A program made the translations under genes and the position numbers. The notes under the pieces were generated by a model. That model did not search any database and was not told the DNA's origin. It worked only from the letters and a program-made list of their open reading frames with translations. This document shows, in pieces, positions 1 through 7,982 of a stretch of 64,000 bases of DNA. The number at the start of each line of letters is the position of its first letter. Positions within the stretch are counted from its first letter, which is position 1. Source of the stretch: a virus (taxonomy: Duplodnaviria > Caudoviricetes); the IMG/VR virus record IMGVR_UViG_3300021400_000130, positions 1-64,000 of that record; one strand, written 5' to 3'.

Positions 1-81
1 TAAATGTGTTAGTCCTGAATACCTATTAAAGTATCATAGTTAATTGTATAATATATTACAAAGAAGAAATGAGAATATAAT

Positions 82-657
82 ATGACAATTTTAATTGACA
101 TGGATGACACAATTGAAAATCTTGGTATTGCATGGACTAACTATTTGAATAAGAAATATGATAAGAATGTAGATTGGTTTTCAATAAGACAATGGGACAT
201 GAAAATTCCTTATCCTGATCTGACACCTGAACAGATATACGGAGCTCTAAGCGAAGAAGAATTATGGGATACAGTTACTGCTAAAGAGGACGCTCCTTAT
301 TATGTTAAGAAGCTAATGGATGAAGGTAATAAGGTATACATTGTTACTGCTTCTTGGTACTCAACTATCAAAACAAAAGTTGAAAGATGCTTGTTCAAAT
401 ATTTTCCGTTCATTAGTTGGAATCAAGTGATTGTAACAACTGATAAACACCTTATTAAAGGCGATATCTTGTTAGACGATAATCCACAGAATCTTCTAAA
501 CGGTGACTATTTCGGAATTCTGTTTACGGCTCCTCATAACATTGATTATGATGATTCTCAAGTTGATATGATTAGAGTAGATAATTGGAAATCTGCATAT
601 TTGATTATAAAGAGTTATGAGGGGACTCTGAATAATTTAGGCGGGCAAAATGATTGA
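82..657 (+). CDS. 5'(3')-deoxyribonucleotidase (NT5C, HAD family)
   Basis: HAD motif ILIDMDDT, YIVTA, and C-terminal K...GDILLDDNP typical of NT5C. Confidence 0.85.
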   Translation: MTILIDMDDTIENLGIAWTNYLNKKYDKNVDWFSIRQWDMKIPYPDLTPEQIYGALSEEELWDTVTAKEDAPYYVKKLMDEGNKVYIVTASWYSTIKTKVERCLFKYFPFISWNQVIVTTDKHLIKGDILLDDNPQNLLNGDYFGILFTAPHNIDYDDSQVDMIRVDNWKSAYLIIKSYEGTLNNLGGQND

Positions 658-865
658 TTACTATAGCACACACTGTGGAACATGTGAGACATTTTCTTGG
701 CTTATGCAAGCAAGAGGAATAGAGTACCATATAATCCATACTGAAAAAGAAGTTATGGAGGCGGCAGATAAATATGGTGCGGAAACTTTTCCTTTTGCGG
801 TAATTGACGGAGAGTTCTTTGATACGGATAAACTACTAAAATATATTTTAGAATATAATAAGTGA
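650..865 (+). CDS. Glutaredoxin/NrdH-like redoxin
   Basis: YSTHCGTC CxxC motif, TFPFAVIDGE; upstream of nrdD. Confidence 0.65.
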   Translation: MIDYYSTHCGTCETFSWLMQARGIEYHIIHTEKEVMEAADKYGAETFPFAVIDGEFFDTDKLLKYILEYNK

Positions 866-878
866 AGGTCTAGGTTTT

Positions 879-1085
879 ATGATTATACTATACACTATTG
901 ATTGCCCTAAGTGTAAAGTTCTTGAAACATTGTTAAAGAAGAACAACTTAGAATATGAATGTGTTCGTGATGTTGAACTAATGGTACAAAAGGGCTTTAG
1001 AGAATGCCCAAAGCTAGAAATTGAAGGACAGCTTTATGATTTTGCGGAATCAGCTAAAATGCTTCGGGAAGGTAAGGTTGTTTGA
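879..1085 (+). CDS. Glutaredoxin/NrdH-like redoxin
   Basis: LYTIDCPKC CxxC motif, P.LEIEG; overlaps the nrdD start. Confidence 0.75.
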   Translation: MIILYTIDCPKCKVLETLLKKNNLEYECVRDVELMVQKGFRECPKLEIEGQLYDFAESAKMLREGKVV

Positions 1086-3064
1086 ATATGGATATAACTC
1101 TAAAGTTAAGTACAGATTTTGAAAGATGTCTTGATAATCTAAAGAACAAATACGGAGTAGATTTTGAGTACATAAATGGAATTCATCCAAGTCAAGTAGA
1201 CTATTCTGAATTCTTAGACAAGTTTGTTAAACAAGATACTCTTGCTGATGTTACGATTGACCCTAATGCAAATACAAATAGAAGGGACATTAGAAGTTTC
1301 ATCACAGAAAAAGGTAAGAGTGCAGATAAACTTTTTGGTCTTAATAAGATATTCTGCGAGATAAAGAAACAGTGGGGAATTAGGACAGCCCGACAGTGGC
1401 TTGAACAAGAATTTAGTAGAGGCTTCTATCTAAATGACGCTACAAGTGCTAGTTACTTCCCTTACTGTTATGCAGTTGATCTAAGTAGACTTGCAACGGA
1501 AGGTTTATTCTTCCTTTCAAGCTACAATAATCAGCCTCCTAAACATCTTACAACATATTTTGATGATGTAATTGAATTTATTAGTTTTCTATCAAACAGA
1601 CAATCAGGTGCAGTAGGCCTTCCGAATGTATTGATCTGGTCGTGGTATTTCTGGAATAAAGATTGTCAAGATAATTATTATCTAAAAGATCCGGATACTT
1701 ATCTTCGACAGAATTTCCAGAAATTTATATATAGATTGAATCAGCCCTTCTTGAGAATAAATCAGTGTGCTTTCACTAATGTTTCTATCTTTGACAGACC
1801 TTATCTAGAAAGTCTTTTTGGAGGGATAGTTTTCCCCGACGGAACATTAGCCATTGAGCACATAGAAGATTTTATCAATGTTCAGAAAGTGTTTATGGAA
1901 GTGGTAAGTGATATAAGAGAGACCTCAATGTTCACTTTCCCTGTGCTGACTTATTCACTTCTTCGCAAGAAAGATATTTCTCAAGAAGCTATTGATAAGA
2001 TGGTAAAAACAAAAGAGTGGGATCTCTTTGTTGATGATGATTTTGCAAGATGGTGCAGTAATCATAATATTAAGTGGAGTGACTCTAACTTCTTTGTAAG
2101 TGACAATGTAGGTACGCTCTCAAACTGCTGTCGTCTTCTTTCTGACACAAAGAAACTAGATGTATTTGTGAACAGCATTGGCGGAACAGCGCTGTCAGTT
2201 GGATCTTGCCGTGTCAGTACTATTAATCTTGTTCGTATAGCGTACGAGTCAAATTGTAAGGAAAAGAAATATCTTGATATTCTAAAGGAAAGAGTTCTTC
2301 TTGATTGTAAAGCTCTAGCAAGTATGCGTCATATTCTCAAGAGGAATATTGAAAAAGGTTTACTTCCTAACTATCAAGACGGAGCTCTTGAGTTGTCCAA
2401 ACAGTTTAGTACTATAGGTGGAATTGGTCTGTACGAAGTAATGGACATGTTTGGATATATTGGTACAGATGAATTCGGCAATAAGTTTTATACTGATGAT
2501 GGAATCAGATTTGCAACTCAGATTCTTGATACTATAAATGAAGTAAAAGATAATTTTGAGTGCGATTTTACTTTCAATGTAGAAATGATACCCGCAGAGA
2601 ATTGTGCCGGTGTTATCTGTCAAGCAGACAATCTTCTGTTTGAGCAGAACAAATATTTCATCTATTCCAATCAGTGGATACCTCTGTATGAGCCTTGTAC
2701 TATTCAAGAAAAGTGTAAGTTAGGTTCCTTGTTTGATATTAAGTGTGGCGGTGGATGTATCGCACATATCAATATTGAAAACAGATTTCCTACAGAAGAA
2801 GCGGCATGGAATATGCTTAACTATGTAGCCTCTCAAGGAGTTATCTATTTTGCATTTACAACTCATATAAATGTAGACGAAAATCATCATTCATTTGTAG
2901 GAACAAAAACTTGTCCTATTTGTGGCAAGCCTGTAAAAGATCAGTTCGCAAGAGTAGTAGGGTTCTATACTCCAATATCATCTTATCAGAAAATTAGAAA
3001 GAAAGAATTTGACGCAAGAAAGTGGTATGATGTTCTTGACTTTAGTGGGGAGCTTGATTCATGA
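1082..3064 (+). CDS. nrdD: Anaerobic ribonucleoside-triphosphate reductase (class III), no ATP cone
   Basis: QSGA, SNCCRL, PAEN, C-terminal CPICG and RVVGFY glycyl-radical motif. Confidence 0.95.
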   Translation: MNMDITLKLSTDFERCLDNLKNKYGVDFEYINGIHPSQVDYSEFLDKFVKQDTLADVTIDPNANTNRRDIRSFITEKGKSADKLFGLNKIFCEIKKQWGIRTARQWLEQEFSRGFYLNDATSASYFPYCYAVDLSRLATEGLFFLSSYNNQPPKHLTTYFDDVIEFISFLSNRQSGAVGLPNVLIWSWYFWNKDCQDNYYLKDPDTYLRQNFQKFIYRLNQPFLRINQCAFTNVSIFDRPYLESLFGGIVFPDGTLAIEHIEDFINVQKVFMEVVSDIRETSMFTFPVLTYSLLRKKDISQEAIDKMVKTKEWDLFVDDDFARWCSNHNIKWSDSNFFVSDNVGTLSNCCRLLSDTKKLDVFVNSIGGTALSVGSCRVSTINLVRIAYESNCKEKKYLDILKERVLLDCKALASMRHILKRNIEKGLLPNYQDGALELSKQFSTIGGIGLYEVMDMFGYIGTDEFGNKFYTDDGIRFATQILDTINEVKDNFECDFTFNVEMIPAENCAGVICQADNLLFEQNKYFIYSNQWIPLYEPCTIQEKCKLGSLFDIKCGGGCIAHINIENRFPTEEAAWNMLNYVASQGVIYFAFTTHINVDENHHSFVGTKTCPICGKPVKDQFARVVGFYTPISSYQKIRKKEFDARKWYDVLDFSGELDS

Positions 3065-3534
3065 TAATTAAAGGCATTAGAGACGAAGATTTTTGTCAGT
3101 ACAAAGAAACTTCTTTCTTTATAGCCTTTCCAAGATGCACATTTAAGTGTGAGAAAGAGTCAGGCAAATTGTGTTGTCAGAATAGTAGCCTATACAAAGA
3201 ACTTCCAATAGACGTTACTACAGATAGTTTAGTCAATCGTTACTTGCAAAATCCGATTACTTCTGCAGTTGTATTTGGAGGGCTAGAACCATTTGATTCA
3301 TTTCAAGACTTATTTGATCTGATAGAGTGTTTTAGAACAAAAACAGATGATACAATTGTTATCTATACAGGGTACAATGAAGAGGAAATAGAAGAATATA
3401 TTTCCGCAATAAGTAAGTTTAAAAATATAATTGTTAAGTTTGGCAGGTTCATTCCCAATGCAAAACATAGATTTGATCCTGTATTAGGAATAGAACTTGC
3501 TTCTTCAAACCAGTATGCAAAGAAGATTTCATAA
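3061..3534 (+). CDS. nrdG: Anaerobic RNR activating radical SAM protein
   Basis: CTFKC...CCQN cluster motif, GGLEPF, IYTGY, GRFI, SSNQ; follows nrdD. Confidence 0.9.
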   Translation: MIIKGIRDEDFCQYKETSFFIAFPRCTFKCEKESGKLCCQNSSLYKELPIDVTTDSLVNRYLQNPITSAVVFGGLEPFDSFQDLFDLIECFRTKTDDTIVIYTGYNEEEIEEYISAISKFKNIIVKFGRFIPNAKHRFDPVLGIELASSNQYAKKIS

Positions 3535-3536
3535 AT

Positions 3537-3567
3537 AGTTGATTTTTCCTGTGCTAAATATTATAAT
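3537..3567 (+). promoter_or_regulatory. Sigma-A-like promoter AG-TTGAWW-N17-TATAAT (one of 13 copies)
   Basis: TTGATT 3539-3544 and TATAAT 3562-3567. The same motif has -35 boxes at 6036, 11440, 12327, 14247, 16955, 18527, 19252, 20649, 21914, 25010, 27216 and 55621. Confidence 0.8.
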
Positions 3568-3606
3568 AGATCATGTTAACAAAATAAATAGAGGAAGGAT
3601 TTACAA

Positions 3607-3969
3607 ATGTACAAACACACAGAAAAAGAAACCCCCGAGGTTATTGGGCACTATCGAATCTATAGTGATCCCGAGGCAAAGATCATCGTTGCAGTTAGCC
3701 GTTATGCTGGTAAAACTGTACGAGGAGTTGCAAAGTGTCATCCCAATGATGAATTTGACATCGAGTTTGGAACAAAACTTGCGATTGCAAGATGTGAATT
3801 TAAAGTAGCGAACAAACGTGCGGATAGAGCATACAAGAAAGTCAATGAAGCTCAAATGGATCGTCTCAAAGCAGAAATTCATCTGCGTGATATGCTTGAT
3901 TATCTGGACGGTGCCAATAAGGATCTTAAGATCGCCAGTGAGCTTCTTGAGGAACTTGAACAGAAGTAA
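3607..3969 (+). CDS. Hypothetical phage protein
   Basis: ORF with SD GAGGAAGG; GVAKCHPNDEFDIEFG motif common in phage proteins. Confidence 0.75.
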   Translation: MYKHTEKETPEVIGHYRIYSDPEAKIIVAVSRYAGKTVRGVAKCHPNDEFDIEFGTKLAIARCEFKVANKRADRAYKKVNEAQMDRLKAEIHLRDMLDYLDGANKDLKIASELLEELEQK

Positions 3970-3980
3970 GGAGTTATCTC

Positions 3981-4175
3981 ATGTATAATGATTGTTATAG
4001 TACTTGTGGCATAGCCAATAACAAGTGTAAAAACAAGTATTGTAGTGCTAATCCAAACTATTCTGCTCCTGTAGCAAAGGCTAAGGAGAAGCAAGGTTCT
4101 GGAAAGCCTACTCATCGTAAGAGGGCAAGTATCCCCAAGTACGACCATCTGATGTTCAGCTACTTTACAAAGTAA
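3981..4175 (+). CDS. Small Cys-containing basic hypothetical protein
   Basis: SD AAGGAG, 64 aa ORF. Confidence 0.55.
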   Translation: MYNDCYSTCGIANNKCKNKYCSANPNYSAPVAKAKEKQGSGKPTHRKRASIPKYDHLMFSYFTK

Positions 4176-4182
4176 CATATAG

Positions 4183-4245
4183 AAAGACAATTACAGCAAC
4201 AAGAAAATTTTCTTTTATTAGGGTTAAAAAGAATAGTTGTCTTGT
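4183..4245 (+). ncRNA. YACAGCAA-stem RNA, copy 1 (candidate Ro60/DUF2828-associated Y-like RNA)
   Basis: AAGACAA(4184-4190)-TTACAGCAA...TTGTCTT(4237-4243)G terminal stem. Confidence 0.65.
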
Positions 4246-4416
4246 AGATTAGATATCATGTGAAGAGAGAGGTAATGCTTATGATTACTAGTGCACTTCA
4301 TATTGGAGGTAGACTCCAGACTTTCTAATCTAGTGCTGAGCAACACTATAAACTGTTCTTATGAGTAAACCGGGGGAGGTACTGAGATGTCCGGGTTATC
4401 AAAACCCTCCTTTTAT

Positions 4417-4491
4417 AGGCCCGTAGTGTAAATGGCAACACAACAGACTTTGACTCTGTCGTAGTAGGTTCAAATCCTGCCGGGCCTGCCA
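4417..4491 (+). tRNA. tRNA-Gln(TTG)
   Basis: AGGCCCG/CGGGCCT acceptor, ACAGA-CTTTGAC-TCTGT, GTTCAAATC, CCA. Confidence 0.92.
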
Positions 4492-4616
4492 CTTACTGAG
4501 TCTCAAAGGTTTGAGGGGAGACAGTAAACTAATCCTTTCACAACAAAGTGATAGAAACCCTCCTCCTTTTCTTAAAAAATAAGATTGTATATAATAGATA
4601 GGAAATACACACACAG

Positions 4617-4856
4617 ATGAATGAAGTTGTTTGGGTATCAAAAAACAGGCATGTAATAATTGCAGAAACAAACCCTATTTTTTCATACCAGGATAAAACA
4701 TATTCAATATACAGAGAAAATTGGGACTACGGAAAATTTAATTCTACAGAGTTCTACAGTATAACATGGTTCTTTGAAAGATGGGAAGATACTTTAGAAG
4801 AAGCTATTAGATATGCAAATTTCATTCCGGACGAAGTATATAAAACTAATGTATGA
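4617..4856 (+). CDS. Hypothetical protein
   Basis: 79 aa ORF with AGGA SD. Confidence 0.55.
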   Translation: MNEVVWVSKNRHVIIAETNPIFSYQDKTYSIYRENWDYGKFNSTEFYSITWFFERWEDTLEEAIRYANFIPDEVYKTNV

Positions 4857-5092
4857 ATAATTGTATTATAATTTTAATATGTTGGGTAGTTTTTTCAGTT
4901 ATACTTGTTGTCTGTGATAAATCTGGAGAAATTAGTTTTGAACATGATTTAGTATTTGCTATACTAACTGCCCCGATATCTATTCCTTTACTTTTAGTGC
5001 TAATTCCAGTTGCCTTTATAGTAAAGTTTTTTAATAAATATAAGAATAAGATTCACATTGATTTTCCAAGAAGACGCAGAAGGCGTTTTTAA
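4853..5092 (+). CDS. Small membrane protein
   Basis: Two hydrophobic segments and a basic C-terminus; ATGA overlap with the previous ORF. Confidence 0.55.
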   Translation: MNNCIIILICWVVFSVILVVCDKSGEISFEHDLVFAILTAPISIPLLLVLIPVAFIVKFFNKYKNKIHIDFPRRRRRRF

Positions 5093-5097
5093 TAAAT

Positions 5098-5172
5098 GCT
5101 CCTATAGTATAAAGGTTATTACAAGGCACTTGTAATGCTTAGATCTCCGTTCGACTCGGAGTAGGAGCTCCA
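5098..5172 (+). tRNA. tRNA-Thr(TGT)
   Basis: GCTCCTA/TAGGAGC, AGGCA-CTTGTAA-TGCTT, GTTCGACTC, CCA. Confidence 0.92.
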
Positions 5173-5175
5173 CTT

Positions 5176-5251
5176 GCGGATGTAGCTCAATTGGTAGAGT
5201 GTCGCCCTTCCAAGGCGAATGTTGCGAGTTCAAGCCTCGTCATCCGCTCCA
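5176..5251 (+). tRNA. tRNA-Gly(TCC)
   Basis: GCGGATG/CATCCGC, loop CTTCCAA, CCA. Confidence 0.95.
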
Positions 5252-5254
5252 CAT

Positions 5255-5332
5255 GGCCCCTTCGACTAGTAGGTCTAGGTCACAAGATTTTCAATCTTGT
5301 AACGGCGGGTTCAAATCCCCCAGGGGTCACCA
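5255..5332 (+). tRNA. tRNA-Glu(TTC)
   Basis: GGCCCCT/AGGGGTC, CAAGA-TTTTCAA-TCTTG, CCA. Confidence 0.92.
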
Positions 5333-5457
5333 CAATATAGTTACGAATAGTCCAAGACAGATAAGTTAGTATCTTGAAACGAGAGGGTAAACTGCTTATC
5401 CAAACCAACGCCTGATAAGTGAAAAGCTGGACAGGGGGTAGTAACTATATTATATAT

Positions 5458-5543
5458 GGGCAGGTAACCCAGCGGCGAAGGTAGCGGACTGTAAATCCGT
5501 GACAATAGAAACATCGGTGGTTCGAGTCCACCCCTGCCCACCA
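5458..5543 (+). tRNA. tRNA-Tyr(GTA)
   Basis: GGGCAGG/CCTGCCC, loop CTGTAAA, long variable arm, CCA. Confidence 0.95.
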
Positions 5544-5551
5544 TAAAATAT

Positions 5552-5628
5552 GCCCCCGTAGCTCAGCTGAATAGAGCATGCGCCTTCTAAGCGCAGGGTC
5601 GCTGGTTTGAATCCAGCCGGGGGTGCCA
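5552..5628 (+). tRNA. tRNA-Arg(TCT)
   Basis: GCCCCCG/CGGGGGT, TGCGC-CTTCTAA-GCGCA, CCA. Confidence 0.93.
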
Positions 5629-5816
5629 CCTGTATATCAGGGTAGGTAAGAGATACGCCTACTCCGGAGAAGGTATCTAAGGGAACTCGGATACAGAGGT
5701 TAAGCCCATAATGCGGTGACGAATAAAACTATTCCGCAGAGTGTGATATATCCTCAACGGTAAGGAGAGTTAAGCACACGGGTGTTCTAGACGCCTTTCC
5801 TTACGCCAATTTATCT

Positions 5817-5904
5817 GCCGCTAGGCCCGGACGGTAAGGGGTCCGATTGCTAATCGGAAGCCAGGTGAAAGTCTGAGAAGGTTCGACTCCTTCTAGTGGC
5901 GCCA
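5817..5904 (+). tRNA. tRNA-Ser(GCT)
   Basis: GCCGCTA/TAGTGGC, TCCGA-TTGCTAA-TCGGA, long variable arm, G73, CCA. Confidence 0.9.
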
Positions 5905-5920
5905 ATTAGATATAATGTAT

Positions 5921-5996
5921 GCGGGTATAGCTCAGTTGGAAGAGCAAGCGACTTTTAATCGAGAGGTCGGCGGTTCGAATCCGCCTACCCGCACCA
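5921..5996 (+). tRNA. tRNA-Lys(TTT), with two mismatches at the top of the anticodon stem
   Basis: GCGGGTA/TACCCGC, AGCGA-CTTTTAA-TCGAG, CCA. Confidence 0.9.
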
Positions 5997-6070
5997 GCTG
6001 CACGAAAGTGCTTGCAAACTATAAAGAACTAATAGTTGATTTTTATTTGTTCTTATATTATAATTTACAT

Positions 6071-6179
6071 GTAGAATAAGGAAGTACCTTAACTGGTAAG
6101 GTTGCCTGTTCGAGTCAGTGAAGTTACAAACGTAACTAAGTGGATAACCAGTAGTTCAACTCTACACTTCCCATTCTAC
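6071..6179 (+). ncRNA. Degenerate tRNA-Ser(CGA)-like RNA with extended terminal stem
   Basis: GTAGAAT/ATTCTAC and GGAAGT/ACTTCC stems, D-arm CCTT-AACTGGT-AAGG, CTG-TTCGAGT-CAG, T-like arm GTAG-TTCAACT-CTAC; directly after the promoter at 6036. Confidence 0.5.
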
Positions 6180-6216
6180 CTCTGAAAAGTGAATATGGAA
6201 GAAAGGAAGATGTCTC

Positions 6217-6342
6217 ATGTCTAAGTTTTGGAAGAACTTAGAAAGAGCTCTTACCCTATATGCGCTCGGTATGAACCCGGTAACTATGCGCTATATGAGT
6301 ACTGATGAGGTTAGAGCTCTCTTGTATGACGATAAGGAGTAA
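6217..6342 (+). CDS. Small 41-aa hypothetical protein (MSKFWKNLERALTLYALGMNP...), below the ORF-track cutoff
   Basis: SD GAAAGGA at 6201-6207, ATG 6217, TAA 6340-6342. Confidence 0.55.
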   Translation: MSKFWKNLERALTLYALGMNPVTMRYMSTDEVRALLYDDKE

Positions 6343-6402
6343 TTCACTTCTTATCGTAGTTGATGAGATATACTTCTAGGTATTTAAAAATTTAAGAAAT
6401 AT

Positions 6403-6477
6403 GGCCCCGTAGCTCAGAGGAAGAGCACGCGCCTGTTAAGCGCGATGTCGAGATATCGTAATTCTCCGGAGCCTCCA
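6403..6477 (+). tRNA. tRNA-Asn(GTT), atypical T-loop
   Basis: CGCGC-CTGTTAA-GCGCG, T-loop ATCGTAA, CCA. Confidence 0.85.
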
Positions 6478-7264
6478 GTCCCTTGGGAGTAGGGAGGGTT
6501 GATAAACTCCATCGTAACGCGAAATGCCAGAATGTCGCGGCTAATGTCGGGAGCAAAACCGATGAGGAAGATTTCCGCCTCGCAGGAGTGCAAAAGGTGA
6601 CGGAGACACGACACGCAACGAAATAGTGGTCGTCGTTTGTTAAATGGAAAACGTTAATATTCCATTACTGAGTTACCAGTCCAGGTAAGGTCAACTCAAC
6701 CAACTGGTTATTTTAAGTATCCATATTAGACGGTCTAATGTAATTGTGCGCGTTCGGTTCGATTCCAGCGGTGTCCGAGTTCGACTCTTGGGCGCGCCTG
6801 GTGGCAATATCAATTACTACTTAAAAATGTTTATCGCCAATCCTTCCGATAACTGCGACAAGGAAGGTGAAGAAGAATCGCAGTTCTTCTAATAAGTGAG
6901 CAACGACTTACGGAGAGCGCCGGACACCTCGCCCGTTGAGGAGGGAAATATTGGGTGAATGTCACTATTCCCAATTACCAGAACATAAGGGCATATGGAA
7001 TGGTATATGTGACGGTATTAGGCTTGAAATCCTAACGAGACATCGTGAAGAGTTCCGTTCTTGTGGTTGATGCTTTACCACTTGTCGAATAGTAGTAGCA
7101 TACAAAGAGGAATGCTGTTAGACGTGAGGGGATGCCCGAAGTAGACGAAACAGTATGTGTACAGCCTCCGAGAAGTTGGGCACGAGACTTCTAATATAAT
7201 AAACTATCTTATATACCATGTTGTATATAAGACCAAAGTGAAAGTATAACTTCCCTTTCTTTAT

Positions 7265-7340
7265 GCGATCTTAGCTCAGTTGGTAGAGCAGCGGATCGAT
7301 AATCCGAAGATCGTAGGTTCAAATCCTGCAGATCGCACCA
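7265..7340 (+). tRNA. tRNA-Ile(GAT), with C33
   Basis: GCGATCT/AGATCGC, GCGGA-TCGATAA-TCCGA, GTTCAAATC, CCA. Confidence 0.88.
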
Positions 7341-7508
7341 GGAGCCGTTACGAACAAAATTTCATAGGACTATTAAACAAGTAGGAGTAATTAACCTAAA
7401 CTATTTAATAACACCGTGATTGCCGATTGGGTCAGAGATTATTTGAGTTGCAACTTGTCAAATAATCGTAATCGGATGTGTAGTTGGCTGACTTCAAAGC
7501 CACCATAT

Positions 7509-7592
7509 GCCGATGTGGTGGAATGGTAGACACGCTAGTCTTAGGAACTAGTGCCACATGGCGTGCAGGTTCAAGTCCTGTCATCGGTACCA
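7509..7592 (+). tRNA. tRNA-Leu(TAG)
   Basis: GCCGATG/CATCGGT, loop CTTAGGA, variable arm, CCA. Confidence 0.95.
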
Positions 7593-7769
7593 AACAGGCT
7601 AAGCTGTATAATAAAGGACGCGAGTGGTTTCCTGCGGTGCCTTCTTAGCAAAAACGGGGAGAGAGACGGTTTGGTCCCATGAATAAACATGGAGTAGAGT
7701 AACACCAAATAACTTAGTAGACATATCGCATAGGAGCTCGTGAGGTATGCCGAAGTTACTCAATTATAT

Positions 7770-7856
7770 GCCGAAATGGCGGAATTGGTAGACGGAGAGG
7801 TCTCAAAAACCTCTGCCATAAACGGCGTGTGGGTTCAAGTCCCACTTTCGGCACCA
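7770..7856 (+). tRNA. tRNA-Leu(CAA)
   Basis: GCCGAAA/TTTCGGC, loop CTCAAAA, variable arm, CCA. Confidence 0.95.
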
Positions 7857-7982
7857 GAGAAGCGAGAGAATCTAATGAGTTAGTATTACGTACTACGGCT
7901 CAAAATTGGAGAAACAGATTTGCAATAATATCTCGTAAGGCACTTCTCACCACATTAAATTTAAGGAGGTACTGAAAGGGTA

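Noticed and set aside
7110-7160. Hammerhead ribozyme (CTGTT...GACGAAACAG)
   Set aside because: GAAA is present but no CTGANGA core is in the right position.
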